Assembly: GCA_949286215.1 (NCBI GenBank) | Contig: CASDYX010000001.1 | Coordinates: 8,530-72,529, forward strand | Direction of reading: 5' to 3' | DNA from: an uncultured Pseudomonadota bacterium | GTDB lineage: Bacteria > Pseudomonadota > Alphaproteobacteria > RF32 > CAG-239 | DNA: 64,000 nucleotides | Shown here: piece by piece, positions 10,266 through 21,179 of the stretch | Numbering within the stretch: position 1 is the stretch's first letter | How the letters are laid out: each line of letters starts with the position of its first letter | Made by a program: the position numbers and the translations under genes | Notes under the pieces: model-generated | Told to the model about the DNA's origin: nothing | What the model saw: the letters and a program-made list of their open reading frames with translations, nothing else | The model's database searches: none

Positions 10266-10790
10266 ATGACCACAATATTATGCGTTCGTAAGGGCAACGA
10301 AGTTGTTATGGCCGGAGACGGACAGGCAACTTTAGGTGAGGCCGTCGTTTTTAAGTCAAAATCTGTTAAAGTGCGTCGTATCGGTAATGGTAATATCATT
10401 GCCGGGTTCGCAGGTGCGGCTGCAGACGGAATAACTCTTATTGAACGATTGGAAGAAAAGCTTGAAAAACACGCTAATCAGCTTAAAAGAGCGGCAGTCG
10501 AGTTGGCTAAAGATTGGCGTATGGATAAATATTTGCGCCAATTACAAGCATATATGATTGTGGCGGATAAAGATGTTTCTTTGGTGATTTCCGGCACCGG
10601 CGAGGTGATGGAGCCTGATGATGGTATTATCGGTATCGGCAGCGGCGGAAATTATGCTATGGCAGCGGCTAAGGCTTTGTATGATGTGGAAGGCTTGAGT
10701 CTTGAAGAAATTGCTCGCAAAGCTTTGAAAATTGCCGGTGATATTGATATTTACACCAATCATAATGTTATTGTAGAGAAGGTTAATTAA
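10266..10790 (+). CDS. hslV: ATP-dependent protease subunit HslV
   Basis: N-terminal (M)TTI catalytic Thr, GDGQ, GSGGNYA. Confidence 0.95.
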   Translation: MTTILCVRKGNEVVMAGDGQATLGEAVVFKSKSVKVRRIGNGNIIAGFAGAAADGITLIERLEEKLEKHANQLKRAAVELAKDWRMDKYLRQLQAYMIVADKDVSLVISGTGEVMEPDDGIIGIGSGGNYAMAAAKALYDVEGLSLEEIARKALKIAGDIDIYTNHNVIVEKVN

Positions 10791-10791
10791 A

Positions 10792-12102
10792 ATGGCTGTA
10801 TTTTCTCCGCGCGAGATTGTCTCGGAATTGGATCGTTTTATTGTTGGGCAAACAGAAGCTAAAAAAGCGGTGGCAATTGCTTTGCGCAATCGTTGGCGTC
10901 GTATGCAGTTGCCCGATAGATTAAAAGAAGAAATTGTACCAAAAAATATTTTAATGGTCGGGCCGACCGGTGTTGGTAAAACCGAAATTTCTCGCCGTTT
11001 GGCAAAGCTCGCCAAAGCCCCTTTTATTAAGGTTGAAGCAACCAAATTTACCGAAATCGGCTATGTCGGGAGAGATGTGGAATCGATTATTCGAGATTTG
11101 GTGGAAAATGCCATTCACACCACAAAAGAAGAAATGCGCAAAAGTGTGGCGGCTAAGGCTGAAATTGCAGCTGAAGAACGCGTTTTAGAGGCTTTGGTCG
11201 GGGTTAATGCCGGAGATGATACCAAGCAAAAATTCCGCAAATTGTTGCGTGAAAATCAACTCAATGACAAAGAAATTGAAATCAGCGTGTTGGATAACGG
11301 TAATACATCTATGCCGACGATTGATATTCCGGGAATGCCGGGCGCACAAATGGGAATGATTAGTTTGGGTGATTTGCTCGGAAAACCCTTTGGCGATAAA
11401 TATAAAACCAAGAAAATGACTGTCGGTGATGCCTATAAAGTATTGATGGACGAGGAAAGCGACAAACTCTTGGATAATGATGCCATTACGCGAGAGGCTA
11501 TCAAAGCGGTTGAAAATGACGGTATTGTCTTTATTGATGAGATAGATAAAATCGCCGGTAAAGAAGACCGTAGAGGTTCAGATATCTCTCGTGAGGGTGT
11601 ACAAAGAGATTTGTTGCCTTTGATAGAAGGAACAACAGTTGCCACTAAATACGGTATGGTAAAAACCGACCATATTTTGTTTATTTGTTCGGGAGCGTTT
11701 CATCTCTCAAAACCGGCTGATTTATTGCCGGAATTGCAAGGTCGTTTGCCAATAAGAGTTGAACTGAAAGCCTTAACAAGAGAAGATTTTGTAAAAATCT
11801 TAACCGAGCCGGAAGCCAACCTGATTGAGCAATATGAGGCTTTGCTCAAAACCGAGAATTTTGATTTGGAATTCACACCGGAAGCAATCGAAAAAATTGC
11901 CGATATGGCGGTGATTATTAATGAAAATGTTGAAAATATCGGGGCTAGACGCTTGCATACGGTTTTGGAGATTTTGTTGGAAGATATCAGCTTTAGTGCC
12001 TCTGACAGAAGTGGTGAAAAAGTTGTCATTACACCGGAAATGGTGGAGGAAAAACTCTCTAAATTTACCCAAGCCGGAGATTTGTCGAAGTTTATTCTCT
12101 AA
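10792..12102 (+). CDS. hslU: ATP-dependent protease ATPase subunit HslU
   Basis: [31 protein letters not shown]-terminal FIL. Confidence 0.95.
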   Translation: MAVFSPREIVSELDRFIVGQTEAKKAVAIALRNRWRRMQLPDRLKEEIVPKNILMVGPTGVGKTEISRRLAKLAKAPFIKVEATKFTEIGYVGRDVESIIRDLVENAIHTTKEEMRKSVAAKAEIAAEERVLEALVGVNAGDDTKQKFRKLLRENQLNDKEIEISVLDNGNTSMPTIDIPGMPGAQMGMISLGDLLGKPFGDKYKTKKMTVGDAYKVLMDEESDKLLDNDAITREAIKAVENDGIVFIDEIDKIAGKEDRRGSDISREGVQRDLLPLIEGTTVATKYGMVKTDHILFICSGAFHLSKPADLLPELQGRLPIRVELKALTREDFVKILTEPEANLIEQYEALLKTENFDLEFTPEAIEKIADMAVIINENVENIGARRLHTVLEILLEDISFSASDRSGEKVVITPEMVEEKLSKFTQAGDLSKFIL

Positions 12103-12117
12103 AAGGCGAGCAAATCT

Positions 12118-13227
12118 TTGGAAAAACAGCAAAACACTCAACCTGAAAAAATCGCAATTTATGTGCATTGGCCTTATTGTTTGAGCAAATGTCCTTATTG
12201 CGATTTTTTTAGTAAGGTTGATAAGCGCGTTAATCAAGATGAGATGATTGGCGCATATCTTGATGATTTGCGTTTTTATCATAATTTGACGGCAGACAAA
12301 CAAGTTCAAAGTATCTTTTTTGGCGGTGGTACACCCTCTTTGATAGCTCCACAAAATATTGAAAAGATAATTGATTGTGTAAGCGCGCTGTGGCGGTGCC
12401 AAGACAAGGTTGAAATCTCGCTCGAGGCCAATCCCAATACCAACCATAAAAACCTTTTTGCTGATTTGAAAAAAGCCGGAATAAATCGTTTGTCGCTCGG
12501 GGTGCAAGCCTTAAATGACCAAGATTTGAAGTTTTTTGGTCGGACTCACAATTTAGCTCAAGCCTTACAAGCCATTGATGAGGTGGTGAGTGTTTTTGAT
12601 AATCATTCGGTTGATTTGATTTATGCCAGACCAAATCAAGAAATTGACCAATGGCAAAGAGAGCTTGAGCAAGTGACAAGTTTGGGGTTAAAACACATTT
12701 CTCTTTATCAGCTGACAATTGAGGAGGGGACGGTTTTTGCTCGCAAAGGAATAGAACCCTTAGAAGAAGAAAAAGCTGCTCAAATGTATGCTCTTACCCA
12801 ACAGTTTTTGAGTGAAAAGGGCTATCTTCAATATGAAATTTCTAACTTCTCGCAAGAGGGGTATCAATCAATCCATAATTTAGCCTATTGGCGCGGTGAA
12901 GATTATGTGGGAATCGGTCCTTCTGCACACGGACGTTTGTATTTGGGAAATAAGATTTTGGCAACCACTTATCATTTGCAACAGGAAGAATTAAGCCAAA
13001 AAGAACGAGCCGAAGAACTCATCATTATGGGATTGAGAATTGTTGAAGGAATCGATAAAAAACGGTTTTATCGGCAATGTGGTTTGAAGTTTGAGGACTT
13101 TGTTAATCAAAAGGCTCTGGGGAATTTGGTGGAGCAAGGCTATTTGCAAAATAATGATTTGTGCGTGCGTGCCACAAAGAAGGGATTTTTGGTGTTGGAT
13201 AAGCTCATTGAGGAGCTGTGTTCTTAG
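12118..13227 (+). CDS. hemW: Radical SAM heme chaperone HemW (TTG start)
   Basis: YVHWPYCLSKCPYCDF, GGGTPS, YEISNF, HNLAYW. Confidence 0.85.
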   Translation: MEKQQNTQPEKIAIYVHWPYCLSKCPYCDFFSKVDKRVNQDEMIGAYLDDLRFYHNLTADKQVQSIFFGGGTPSLIAPQNIEKIIDCVSALWRCQDKVEISLEANPNTNHKNLFADLKKAGINRLSLGVQALNDQDLKFFGRTHNLAQALQAIDEVVSVFDNHSVDLIYARPNQEIDQWQRELEQVTSLGLKHISLYQLTIEEGTVFARKGIEPLEEEKAAQMYALTQQFLSEKGYLQYEISNFSQEGYQSIHNLAYWRGEDYVGIGPSAHGRLYLGNKILATTYHLQQEELSQKERAEELIIMGLRIVEGIDKKRFYRQCGLKFEDFVNQKALGNLVEQGYLQNNDLCVRATKKGFLVLDKLIEELCS

Positions 13228-13241
13228 CTAAAAAATGTTGT

Positions 13242-13916
13242 TTAGTGGCAATATTGCTCAGGGAAGAGTTTGAAATGCAGCCACAAAATCAGAGAATAAG
13301 TAACAGTGGCTGAGAAAAAGACATCTGAGAAAAAGTGATAACCTTCAGCTATACGTGAAATTCCGGTTAATACACCCAACAGAATAACGGTTGATATACC
13401 TAATCCCCGCCAGCGGTGAGGCAAGAGGAGAGCTAAAGATAAACTCCAGAAAACAACCGCCGTGTGTCCCGACATAAAGGAACAATCCAGAGAGCATTGA
13501 TTGCTAATGACAAGCGGTGAGGTGAAGATTTTATCGCCACCGAATTCGGAGATTTGAAACGGGCGGGCTCTTCCCCAAAAACTTTTGAATATTCCGTTGA
13601 CAATTATTATCGGTCCTAACAGCATGGAACCGGTGGTAAACAACATAACTTTGGTGTTAATGCCCAAAAGTTGATGATGTCTTATTTTGCCTATTCCCCA
13701 TAATATGCCGATGATGCCGGCAATTAAAATCAAAAATTCCGGCAAGCCTTTTCTTAATAATGGAAAGAAATCCCAGTCGCTCAGAAAAAAGCGATTGTCT
13801 CGATAAAAATAAGAACTAATGCTCAAATCAAGGTACGGCGAAACGGCAACAACCGAAAATAAAGCACAAATTATCCAAAAATTGAGCTTGGGAGGAATAC
13901 AAACTTGTTTGTGCAT
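13242..13916 (-). CDS. PAP2-family membrane phosphatase (lipid A / undecaprenyl-PP phosphatase-like)
   Basis: KxxWGRARP, SFMSGH and SRIAEGYHFFSD motifs; multiple TM segments; ATG at 13916 overlaps the lptG stop. Confidence 0.85.
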   Translation of the reverse strand: MHKQVCIPPKLNFWIICALFSVVAVSPYLDLSISSYFYRDNRFFLSDWDFFPLLRKGLPEFLILIAGIIGILWGIGKIRHHQLLGINTKVMLFTTGSMLLGPIIIVNGIFKSFWGRARPFQISEFGGDKIFTSPLVISNQCSLDCSFMSGHTAVVFWSLSLALLLPHRWRGLGISTVILLGVLTGISRIAEGYHFFSDVFFSATVTYSLILWLHFKLFPEQYCH

Positions 13917-15022
13917 CAACCGTCCTCTAAGTGTAAAAGAGCGGTTATACTTATCAGTGCGGCAATAATAGTCGGTGTGCAGACGGCCATAAACGGCGGA
14001 ATATAGCCGTTAAGTCCAAAGGCATAAATTACTTGCGATAAGAAGTAAACAATAAAGCCGGTTGAAACACCACCTACAATCAAATACATTACGCCGCCGC
14101 GACGATTGTTGGGGCGCAAAGCAAATACTGCCGCTATCAATATCATAGCGCAAAGCAAAAATGGAGAGGCCAAAAGTGATAAATAGTGCATATAGTGCTT
14201 GAGGGCAGAGAAGCCTGACTTTTCATAAAAATTAATGGTGGCCGGTAAATCCCAAAAAGAGATGGCTTCCGGTTTAATGAAGTTTTCTTTAATGCGGTCT
14301 AGGGTTAATGTGGTTTTGTATTTGGCATTGGGTAAGGTAACAATAGGTTTGCCGGCTTCATAGACTTTGACATCTTTTAGCTCAAAGCCGTTTTTTTCAT
14401 CCAATGTGGCGGCAAAGGCCTCAGCTCTTTTTAAGAGTTGAGAATCGCGGTCCATTTCCATAATGCTGACTTCGCGTAATAAAAGCGTATTTTTTTCTTG
14501 GTGCAAACTTTTTGATTGAATAACCAATACGGTGTCTTGGTCGGTTGCTTCTCTGGTCCATAAGCCTTTATCGCTGAATAATACGGCGTTGGGGTTACGG
14601 GTTTTGAAGCGATAATCCATAACCTCATAAATCTCATACATTTTTGAGGATATGGGGTTAACTACCGTGATGTTAAGTATGCCGACAATAAAGGTGGTGA
14701 TGAGTATCGGAGTTAAAAATCCCCAGATGGAAACTCCTGCAGCACGGATAATGACAAACTCGTTGCTCTTACTTAAACGCCAAAAAGTTATCATCGCGGC
14801 AATCATCATCACAAACGGAAAAACTAAGTCAATGGTTTGTGGTAGTTTGGTTACTGCCATTTGAATCACAAACAAAAATGTAACGTTTTCTCCTGAGGCA
14901 CGACGCAACATCTCTATCAGTTCAAAGATAAAGACAACGCCTAAAACCATCAGCAATACGCCTAAAAAGTTTAGGATGATTTGCTTGCTTAAGTAGCGGC
15001 CAAGAATAGAGTTTAAGTTCAT
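13916..15022 (-). CDS. lptG: LPS export permease LptG (LptF/G family)
   Basis: YjgP/YjgQ architecture, SNEFVIIRAAGVS, GLWTRE, C-terminal LLHLEDG. Confidence 0.8.
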   Translation of the reverse strand: MNLNSILGRYLSKQIILNFLGVLLMVLGVVFIFELIEMLRRASGENVTFLFVIQMAVTKLPQTIDLVFPFVMMIAAMITFWRLSKSNEFVIIRAAGVSIWGFLTPILITTFIVGILNITVVNPISSKMYEIYEVMDYRFKTRNPNAVLFSDKGLWTREATDQDTVLVIQSKSLHQEKNTLLLREVSIMEMDRDSQLLKRAEAFAATLDEKNGFELKDVKVYEAGKPIVTLPNAKYKTTLTLDRIKENFIKPEAISFWDLPATINFYEKSGFSALKHYMHYLSLLASPFLLCAMILIAAVFALRPNNRRGGVMYLIVGGVSTGFIVYFLSQVIYAFGLNGYIPPFMAVCTPTIIAALISITALLHLEDG

Positions 15023-15091
15023 TATTTTCCCTAAATTTACTTTTTTGCTAAGATAAAAGAATTTCCTTTATTTGACAAGCCTATTTATTCT

Positions 15092-16018
15092 TTAAGCGAT
15101 ACAATCAAGTGAAAGGTATCTTTCTATCGAATCGGGCAAAATAACGACAATGTTTTTGCCTTTCATCTCTTCTCTTTGACCAAGATGAATTGCTGCCGAA
15201 AGTGCCGCACCCGAAGAAATACCAACGGGGAGCCCTTCTTCAAGGGCGACTTCTTTGCAGATGTCTATGGCGTTGGAAGAGGCAATATCCATAACCTCGT
15301 TGACTAAGTTTTTATCATAAAATTTGGGAATAAATCCGGCGCCAATGCCTAAAATTTGGTGCTGACCGGCTTTGCCTCCGTTGAGGACGGCACTTTCAAG
15401 GGGTTCAACCGCAACAACATATAAGTCCGGATTGCAGGTTTTGAGTGCTTGGGCTATGCCGGTTAGAGTGCCGGATGTGCCGACAGAGCATACCAAGCAA
15501 TCAATATTACCGCCGGTGTCTTCCATTATCTCCATGCTGGTGCCTAATTTGTGAGCTTCAGGATTGGCCTCATTTTCAAATTGGCGCAATAAAATCACGT
15601 TAGGGTTCTTTTGTGCCAAAATTTCAGCTTTGGCAATTGAGCCTTTCATGCCATCTTCCGCCGGTGTTAAAATAACCTCAGCACCAAAGTGTTTCATCAA
15701 AATTATTCTTTCTTTTGACATGTTCTCCGGCATGATGATGACTAATTTATAGTTTTTGGCGGCACAAAGTGCAGCTAAGGCAATACCGGTGTTGCCCGAG
15801 GTGGCTTCAACAAAAACGCTATCCTCTGTGAGATCTTGTTTTTCGGCTTGTTCCAACATTTTAAGCGCAACGCGGTCTTTGCTTGAAAATAGGGGATTGT
15901 AAAATTCACATTTGGCCAAAATATTGGCTTTTACATGATGTTTGTGGGCGAGTTTGTGTAGTCTTAAAAGCGGGGTGTGCCCAACCATCTCGGTTATGGA
16001 ATTGTAAATTTTTTTCAT
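15092..16018 (-). CDS. cysK: Cysteine synthase A (PLP-dependent)
   Basis: GHTPL, SSKDR PLP lysine, EATSGNTG, GTSGT, GIGAGFIP, ERYLS. Confidence 0.85.
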   Translation of the reverse strand: MKKIYNSITEMVGHTPLLRLHKLAHKHHVKANILAKCEFYNPLFSSKDRVALKMLEQAEKQDLTEDSVFVEATSGNTGIALAALCAAKNYKLVIIMPENMSKERIILMKHFGAEVILTPAEDGMKGSIAKAEILAQKNPNVILLRQFENEANPEAHKLGTSMEIMEDTGGNIDCLVCSVGTSGTLTGIAQALKTCNPDLYVVAVEPLESAVLNGGKAGQHQILGIGAGFIPKFYDKNLVNEVMDIASSNAIDICKEVALEEGLPVGISSGAALSAAIHLGQREEMKGKNIVVILPDSIERYLSLDCIA

Positions 16019-16116
16019 TTTTGCCTCTGAGGTGTTTATAAAGCTGAATTTGTGCTTTAATATGTATTTTGCTTTGGGTAGTATAACAATAACATTAAAA
16101 AATTAAAATTAAAAAA

Positions 16117-16695
16117 ATGAAAAATTTAAAAACGTGGGTTTTTATAGGATTTCTGATTGTATTTCCGCAACATAACGTACAAGCCATGAGCTTGGACGAG
16201 ATTTATCGTGACGTGGTTAGAAGTGATAATCGCGGGTATCTGCCCATGTTTGTTAAAAATCGTGAAGCTCCGGATTTTGTGGTTGATACAAAAGCGTTGA
16301 AAGATGTGCCTGAGCCTAAGGCTGAAGATAAATCTCCGATTAAACCTGATTTGGAAATTGTTAAATTTGAAAATCAGCGCAAAATTCATGAAGAACAAGT
16401 CAGACAAAAATGGGCGGCTTGGAACAGAGTTATTCAAAATGTTAAAAATGGTAAAGTAACGGCTTCCGAACTGAGAGAGTTAGAAGTAAAAGCCGGCGAA
16501 AATAATCCGCAAGCCGTGGAAATTTTGGCTTGGGTTTATGCCAAAGGTGTGGGTGTGAAGCCTGATTTGATTAAGGCTTTTCGTTTGTATATGCAAGCAG
16601 AAAATCTGAATGTTCCCGGCGCTAAACTCAATGCTGCCAAAGTCTATAAAGTTATGCCCAGACAAATGCGTGAGCAACTCGTTGCTTTTCAATAA
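16117..16695 (+). CDS. Secreted Sel1-like repeat protein
   Basis: Signal peptide; AVEILAWVYAKGVGVKPDLIKAFRLY Sel1 repeat. Confidence 0.7.
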   Translation: MKNLKTWVFIGFLIVFPQHNVQAMSLDEIYRDVVRSDNRGYLPMFVKNREAPDFVVDTKALKDVPEPKAEDKSPIKPDLEIVKFENQRKIHEEQVRQKWAAWNRVIQNVKNGKVTASELRELEVKAGENNPQAVEILAWVYAKGVGVKPDLIKAFRLYMQAENLNVPGAKLNAAKVYKVMPRQMREQLVAFQ

Positions 16696-16697
16696 AT

Positions 16698-17186
16698 TTA
16701 TTTGAACAAATGCTGAAAAGCCAGCCAATGGGCATAATTTATTTTATGTGTTCCCGAAAAAATGTCTTCTTTCTTTAGCCAGGCAGCCGTTCCGTTTTCA
16801 GGCGTGCGCCATGGTTCTTTTGTGGTATCAAACCCATAAGCAGAAGCATCATAGACAATAAAAGTTTGCTCATAGATACAGTATTCTCCAAATGGGCGAG
16901 CATCATTGGCAAAATAGTTTATGGTTTGCGAATATGATTTTTCTCCCTGTGAAAGCGCAAATTCTATGCCCGTTTCTTCGTAGAGTTTACGGTAGAGGCA
17001 ATCTCTAAAATCTTCTTTGCGAGAAACAGAACCTCCCGGAAACTCAGGAACTTTTACTTGCGGTGGATAGGTGACTAAAACTAAGTCGTCCTTTACCAAA
17101 ATTGCAAAATATCCCTTTTGGTGAACGGGAATGATATCATCAGCATATTTTTCGCGACCAAAACGGTCGTAAAATACCTCAGTCAT
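16698..17186 (-). CDS. NUDIX hydrolase (likely start 17186, coupled to gmk)
   Basis: EFPGG...EDFRDCLYRKLYEETG Nudix box with the RE Glu replaced by Lys. Confidence 0.7.
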   Translation of the reverse strand: MTEVFYDRFGREKYADDIIPVHQKGYFAILVKDDLVLVTYPPQVKVPEFPGGSVSRKEDFRDCLYRKLYEETGIEFALSQGEKSYSQTINYFANDARPFGEYCIYEQTFIVYDASAYGFDTTKEPWRTPENGTAAWLKKEDIFSGTHKINYAHWLAFQHLFK

Positions 17187-17853
17187 GTTTGGCTTCTTCC
17201 AACAATTCATCAACAAAAGATTGAAGACCGGTTTGGCGAACCCTCTTCATTCTTTCGCCAGATATTATTCTTTGGACTTTTTTGATGGTGTCTTCTAAGT
17301 TTACATTTACCAAAACATAGTCAAACTCATTCCAATGTTTGAGTTTTTCGGCTGTTAAATTCATGCGCTTTTCAATGGTTTCTTTGCTGTCGGTGCCACG
17401 ATTTTCAAGACGAGAGCGCAGTTCTTTGATTGAAGGCGGGAGAAGATAGATGGTGACAACATCATCTTTGGCTTTGGCTTTCATTTGGCGAGCGCCGGCC
17501 CAATCCATATCAAAAAGAACATCTTCACCAACGTTAATAAAACTATCTACTTCTGAACGTAAAGTTCCATAGCGTGAGCCATATTGCGAATCGACATATT
17601 CATAAAAAGCGTCTTGTTTCAAATATTCATTGTACTGAGCATCATCAATGAAATAGTAATCTTTGCCGTCAACTTCGCCTTCTCGGGGTTTGCGGGTGGT
17701 GACGGATACTGAAAATTTTATATTAGGGTCACAACGTAAAATTTCTTTTACAACCGCGCTTTTGCCCGTACCGGACGGAGCTTCGATAATAAACATTGCT
17801 CCGCGGCGAACTTTTTTCAATCTGGTAATAATTTCATCCATAGCTTGCTCCAT
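17179..17853 (-). CDS. gmk: Guanylate kinase
   Basis: APSGTGKS, SVTTRKPREGEVDGKDYYF, YGT. Confidence 0.95.
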   Translation of the reverse strand: MEQAMDEIITRLKKVRRGAMFIIEAPSGTGKSAVVKEILRCDPNIKFSVSVTTRKPREGEVDGKDYYFIDDAQYNEYLKQDAFYEYVDSQYGSRYGTLRSEVDSFINVGEDVLFDMDWAGARQMKAKAKDDVVTIYLLPPSIKELRSRLENRGTDSKETIEKRMNLTAEKLKHWNEFDYVLVNVNLEDTIKKVQRIISGERMKRVRQTGLQSFVDELLEEAKHD

Positions 17854-17923
17854 TTTACTGGTGATTTTTATTTTAATGTTTATACTATACCTTAATTTTT
17901 GAAAATGTCTTTAGGAAAAAACA

Positions 17924-18682
17924 ATGTTTACTTATAAAAATGTTTTAATTACCGGTGCAAGTTCGGGTATTGGGCAGGCTTTGGCGGAGTATTATGCGCA
18001 AAATGGTGCTGATGTGCTTTTTATTTGCGGGCGAAATGAAGAACGCTTGAATAAAGTTAAAGAGAATTGTGAAAAATGTGGCGCTAAAGTTTATGCGCAA
18101 GTGTTAGATGTTTGTGACAGAGAAAAGGTTAAAGCGTGGCTGGACTTTGCTACCCAAATTGCGCCAATAGATTTGGTGATTGCCAATGCCGGAACAGGTA
18201 ATGTCAATGAGACGGAAGATGCAATCTATAACACTTTTAATACTAATGTTTGGGGTGTTATTAATACCGTGTTACCGATGGTTAAAATATTTGCACAAGA
18301 CAAGAGTTTTCCTAAGGGAATTGTTATTATCAGCTCTATTGCCGGATATCATGGTTTGCCGACTTGTCCGGCTTATAGCGCAAGTAAGGCTTGCGTGAAA
18401 GCGTGGGGCGAGGCAATGCGACCGATTTTGGCTAAAGACAATATTCACCTGAGTGTGGTGTGTCCGGGGTTTGTTCGCTCCAGAATTACTGACCAGAATA
18501 CTTGTCCGATGCCGTTTTTTATGGAAGCTCCGAAAGCTGCGGCAATTATTGCTAAAGGTGTAGCCAAAAATAAGGGAATTATTGCTTTTCCTTGGCCGTT
18601 GCGTTTTACAACTTGGTTGGTTTCAATTTTGCCGAATTGTGTGAGCGAGTTTATTTATCGCTTGCTTCCGCCAAAGGCTTAA
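17924..18682 (+). CDS. SDR family oxidoreductase
   Basis: TGASSGIG, NAG, YSASK. Confidence 0.9.
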   Translation: MFTYKNVLITGASSGIGQALAEYYAQNGADVLFICGRNEERLNKVKENCEKCGAKVYAQVLDVCDREKVKAWLDFATQIAPIDLVIANAGTGNVNETEDAIYNTFNTNVWGVINTVLPMVKIFAQDKSFPKGIVIISSIAGYHGLPTCPAYSASKACVKAWGEAMRPILAKDNIHLSVVCPGFVRSRITDQNTCPMPFFMEAPKAAAIIAKGVAKNKGIIAFPWPLRFTTWLVSILPNCVSEFIYRLLPPKA

Positions 18683-19949
18683 GCGGTTTCTTTTGACGCT
18701 CAACCCGCATCAAAATCCATAAAATAATTAGCCCCGGAATCATCATTATGGTGGTGATGAGGAAAAAAGTCGGCCAGCTGGTGGCTGCTTTCATATATCC
18801 GCTGCTGGCGGCAAAAACATCGCGTGCCAGACTCATTAAAGATGAAAGCAGAGCATATTGTGTGGCAGTATAAGCAATGGAACAAAGTGAGGAGAGGTAG
18901 GCAACCAATGCGGTGGAGGCCATGCCGCCGGCAATGTTGTCAAAAGATATGGTTAGCATGAGCATTGGTACGCTATGACCGATATAGGCTTGCAAGACAT
19001 ACATTAAATTGGTGATTCCTTGGAAAATGCCGCAAAGCATCAGGCCTTTGAGCATATTCATCCGGCTCATGACAATGCCGCCGATGAGACCGCCGAAAAT
19101 GGTGGCACCCATGCCGAATATTTTAGAGACAAAGGCAATCTCTCCCTTGGAAAAGCCCATATCGGCGTAAAATGGAAAAGCCATCGGTCCCATATAGGAA
19201 TCACTCATACGATAGAAAAATATAAAGGCTAAAATTATTGCCCAATCCGGTCTCTTGATAAAGTCTAAAAACGGATTGTAAACCGCGCACTGCATAAAGT
19301 GCTTAAAATCAGAATAATTCTGCTCTTGGTATTTTTGGGCTTTGGTCGGCTCATGGGATAAAAGAATTGTGGCAATACCAATGAGTGTACCAAAACACAT
19401 CAGAAAATAAACTTCGTTCCAACTCATGAATGAGGCCATCCAGATTGCGCCTGCTCCCGAAACAATTGTACCTAAGCGATAACCTATGATGAAAATCGCA
19501 ACACCGGCACCTTGCTCTTTGAAGTTAAAACTTTCAATGCGATAGGCGTCTAAAACAATGTCTTGTGAGGCTGAGGCTATCACAACAATAATGCACAAAA
19601 CCACAAGTGAGCGCAGGCTTTCTTCGGGGTTGACGGTGGAGATGGCGGCTAAACCAATAAAAAGCATAAGTTGAAAGAATAGAGCCCAGCCGCGGCGGCG
19701 ACCCAATCGCTCAAAGAACGGTAAGCTTAGGCGGTCAAGCAATGGCGCCCAGAGCCATTTGAAACTGCAGGGGAGCTTGACTAAAGAAAATAAGCCAATT
19801 GCAATATAGGATATGCCGCAGTCTTTGAGCCATAAGTTAAGCGTGCTGAAGACCAATAGTAACGGAAAGCCGCTCGAAAACCCTAAGCCTATCATGGTGA
19901 GCATTTTCGGGGTAAAGTATATTTTGAGCGTTTTTCCCAGTTGTGACAT
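18651..19949 (-). CDS. ampG: AmpG muropeptide MFS permease
   Basis: LGFSSGFP, KWLWAP, GRRRGW, ASQDIVLDAYRIE, ATQYAL. Confidence 0.9.
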   Translation of the reverse strand: MSQLGKTLKIYFTPKMLTMIGLGFSSGFPLLLVFSTLNLWLKDCGISYIAIGLFSLVKLPCSFKWLWAPLLDRLSLPFFERLGRRRGWALFFQLMLFIGLAAISTVNPEESLRSLVVLCIIVVIASASQDIVLDAYRIESFNFKEQGAGVAIFIIGYRLGTIVSGAGAIWMASFMSWNEVYFLMCFGTLIGIATILLSHEPTKAQKYQEQNYSDFKHFMQCAVYNPFLDFIKRPDWAIILAFIFFYRMSDSYMGPMAFPFYADMGFSKGEIAFVSKIFGMGATIFGGLIGGIVMSRMNMLKGLMLCGIFQGITNLMYVLQAYIGHSVPMLMLTISFDNIAGGMASTALVAYLSSLCSIAYTATQYALLSSLMSLARDVFAASSGYMKAATSWPTFFLITTIMMIPGLIILWILMRVERQKKPLKPLAEASDK

Positions 19950-20172
19950 TTGTTTCTCCTTAAGCGCAATCTAAACCAAGAGTGGTTAAATTTTATCTAA
20001 CGCTTTGATTTATTTTGCCTGAGGTTGAATTTGTTATATCTTATTTCTATTTTAAGGTGTATATATTGTTTATTTCTAATAAAGAGTTATATTCTTACTT
20101 GCATTATTTTTCTTTATGCTCTATTAGTAGATAAAATACATTAATATGCACTTAATAGTTAAATGAGGTTGT

Positions 20173-20640
20173 ATGATGACTGACATGTCAAACATTTCTA
20201 AAAATAAGAGGGAAAATGCTAATCAACCCAATCCTGTCGATATTTATGTCGGTAATAGGCTACGTCAGAGAAGAATGTTGATGGGGTTATCTCAAAAGCA
20301 GATGGCTAATGAGTTGGGAGTTACCTTTCAGCAAGTGCAAAAATATGAAAACGGCGTAAATCGAATTAGTGCCAGTAGATTATGGGATATCAGTAAAATT
20401 TTGAAAGCACCGATTGAGTTCTTTTTTGACGGTATGGATGAAGAAATTCGAAACCAAAGTCCAATGATGTTGCATAATGGTAATTTGTCGGCAAGTAATT
20501 ATAAGGCCGATTTGTTGAATGATCCGATGATGAAGCCTGAGGCTATTAAGTTGGTTAAGGCTTATGCTTCAATTGATGATAAGAAGATTTCTCATCAGTT
20601 ATTGGATTTGATGGTGGCTTTGTCGGCCGGAAACCACTAG
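20173..20640 (+). CDS. XRE-family HTH transcriptional regulator
   Basis: VGNRLRQRR...GVTFQQVQKYENGVNRISASRL. Confidence 0.9.
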   Translation: MMTDMSNISKNKRENANQPNPVDIYVGNRLRQRRMLMGLSQKQMANELGVTFQQVQKYENGVNRISASRLWDISKILKAPIEFFFDGMDEEIRNQSPMMLHNGNLSASNYKADLLNDPMMKPEAIKLVKAYASIDDKKISHQLLDLMVALSAGNH

Positions 20641-21179
20641 CGTTGACGGCGGAGTAATATATATAAAGCTCCGCTACCGCCTAATTTTGCGGGCGGGTGA
20701 TTGTAAGCTAGTATTAGAGGGCGTAAATCTTTGCTGTTGAGCCAGAGAGGAACGCTCTCTTTTAGTTTGCCTTTGGAAATTAGAAAATTGTCTTTGTCTT
20801 CACTGCGGCTTAGGCCTTTGCCGGTGATGATGATAATGCATCTTTTGCTGGAGAGATAGGATTTTTGCACAAACTCAAATACTGCCTCGCGGGCTTCATC
20901 TTCATGGTATCCATGTAAATCCAGACTTCCTTCTATCGGAAATTCGCAGCGCTTAAATCTTTTGGCCGTACCAGCGTCAATATTATCCGTGTTGCCTATT
21001 ATGAGAGAGCTTAAATCTTCTCCACGATATGCTTGAGCTAGATTAATAGTCGGTTTAATCGGCGGAAGAGTAACTTCGGCTGTCGGCGGAACTTCTTTGG
21101 GGGGAAGTTTTTGCACGTCTTTGGTCGCTTCTGCCCAAGCTTCTTCGTCTTCCGAATTATTCGGCGGCAGTTTTAACAT
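20637..21179 (-). CDS. Smr/MutS-related protein
   Basis: LDLHG, IITGKG, GGSGALYI. Confidence 0.9.
   Translation of the reverse strand: MLKLPPNNSEDEEAWAEATKDVQKLPPKEVPPTAEVTLPPIKPTINLAQAYRGEDLSSLIIGNTDNIDAGTAKRFKRCEFPIEGSLDLHGYHEDEAREAVFEFVQKSYLSSKRCIIIITGKGLSRSEDKDNFLISKGKLKESVPLWLNSKDLRPLILAYNHPPAKLGGSGALYILLRRQR

Noticed and set aside
20141..20155. TTAA-N7-TTAA (CtrA-like) boxes here and at 46970-46984
   Set aside because: Expected by chance in very AT-rich intergenic DNA; no supporting context.
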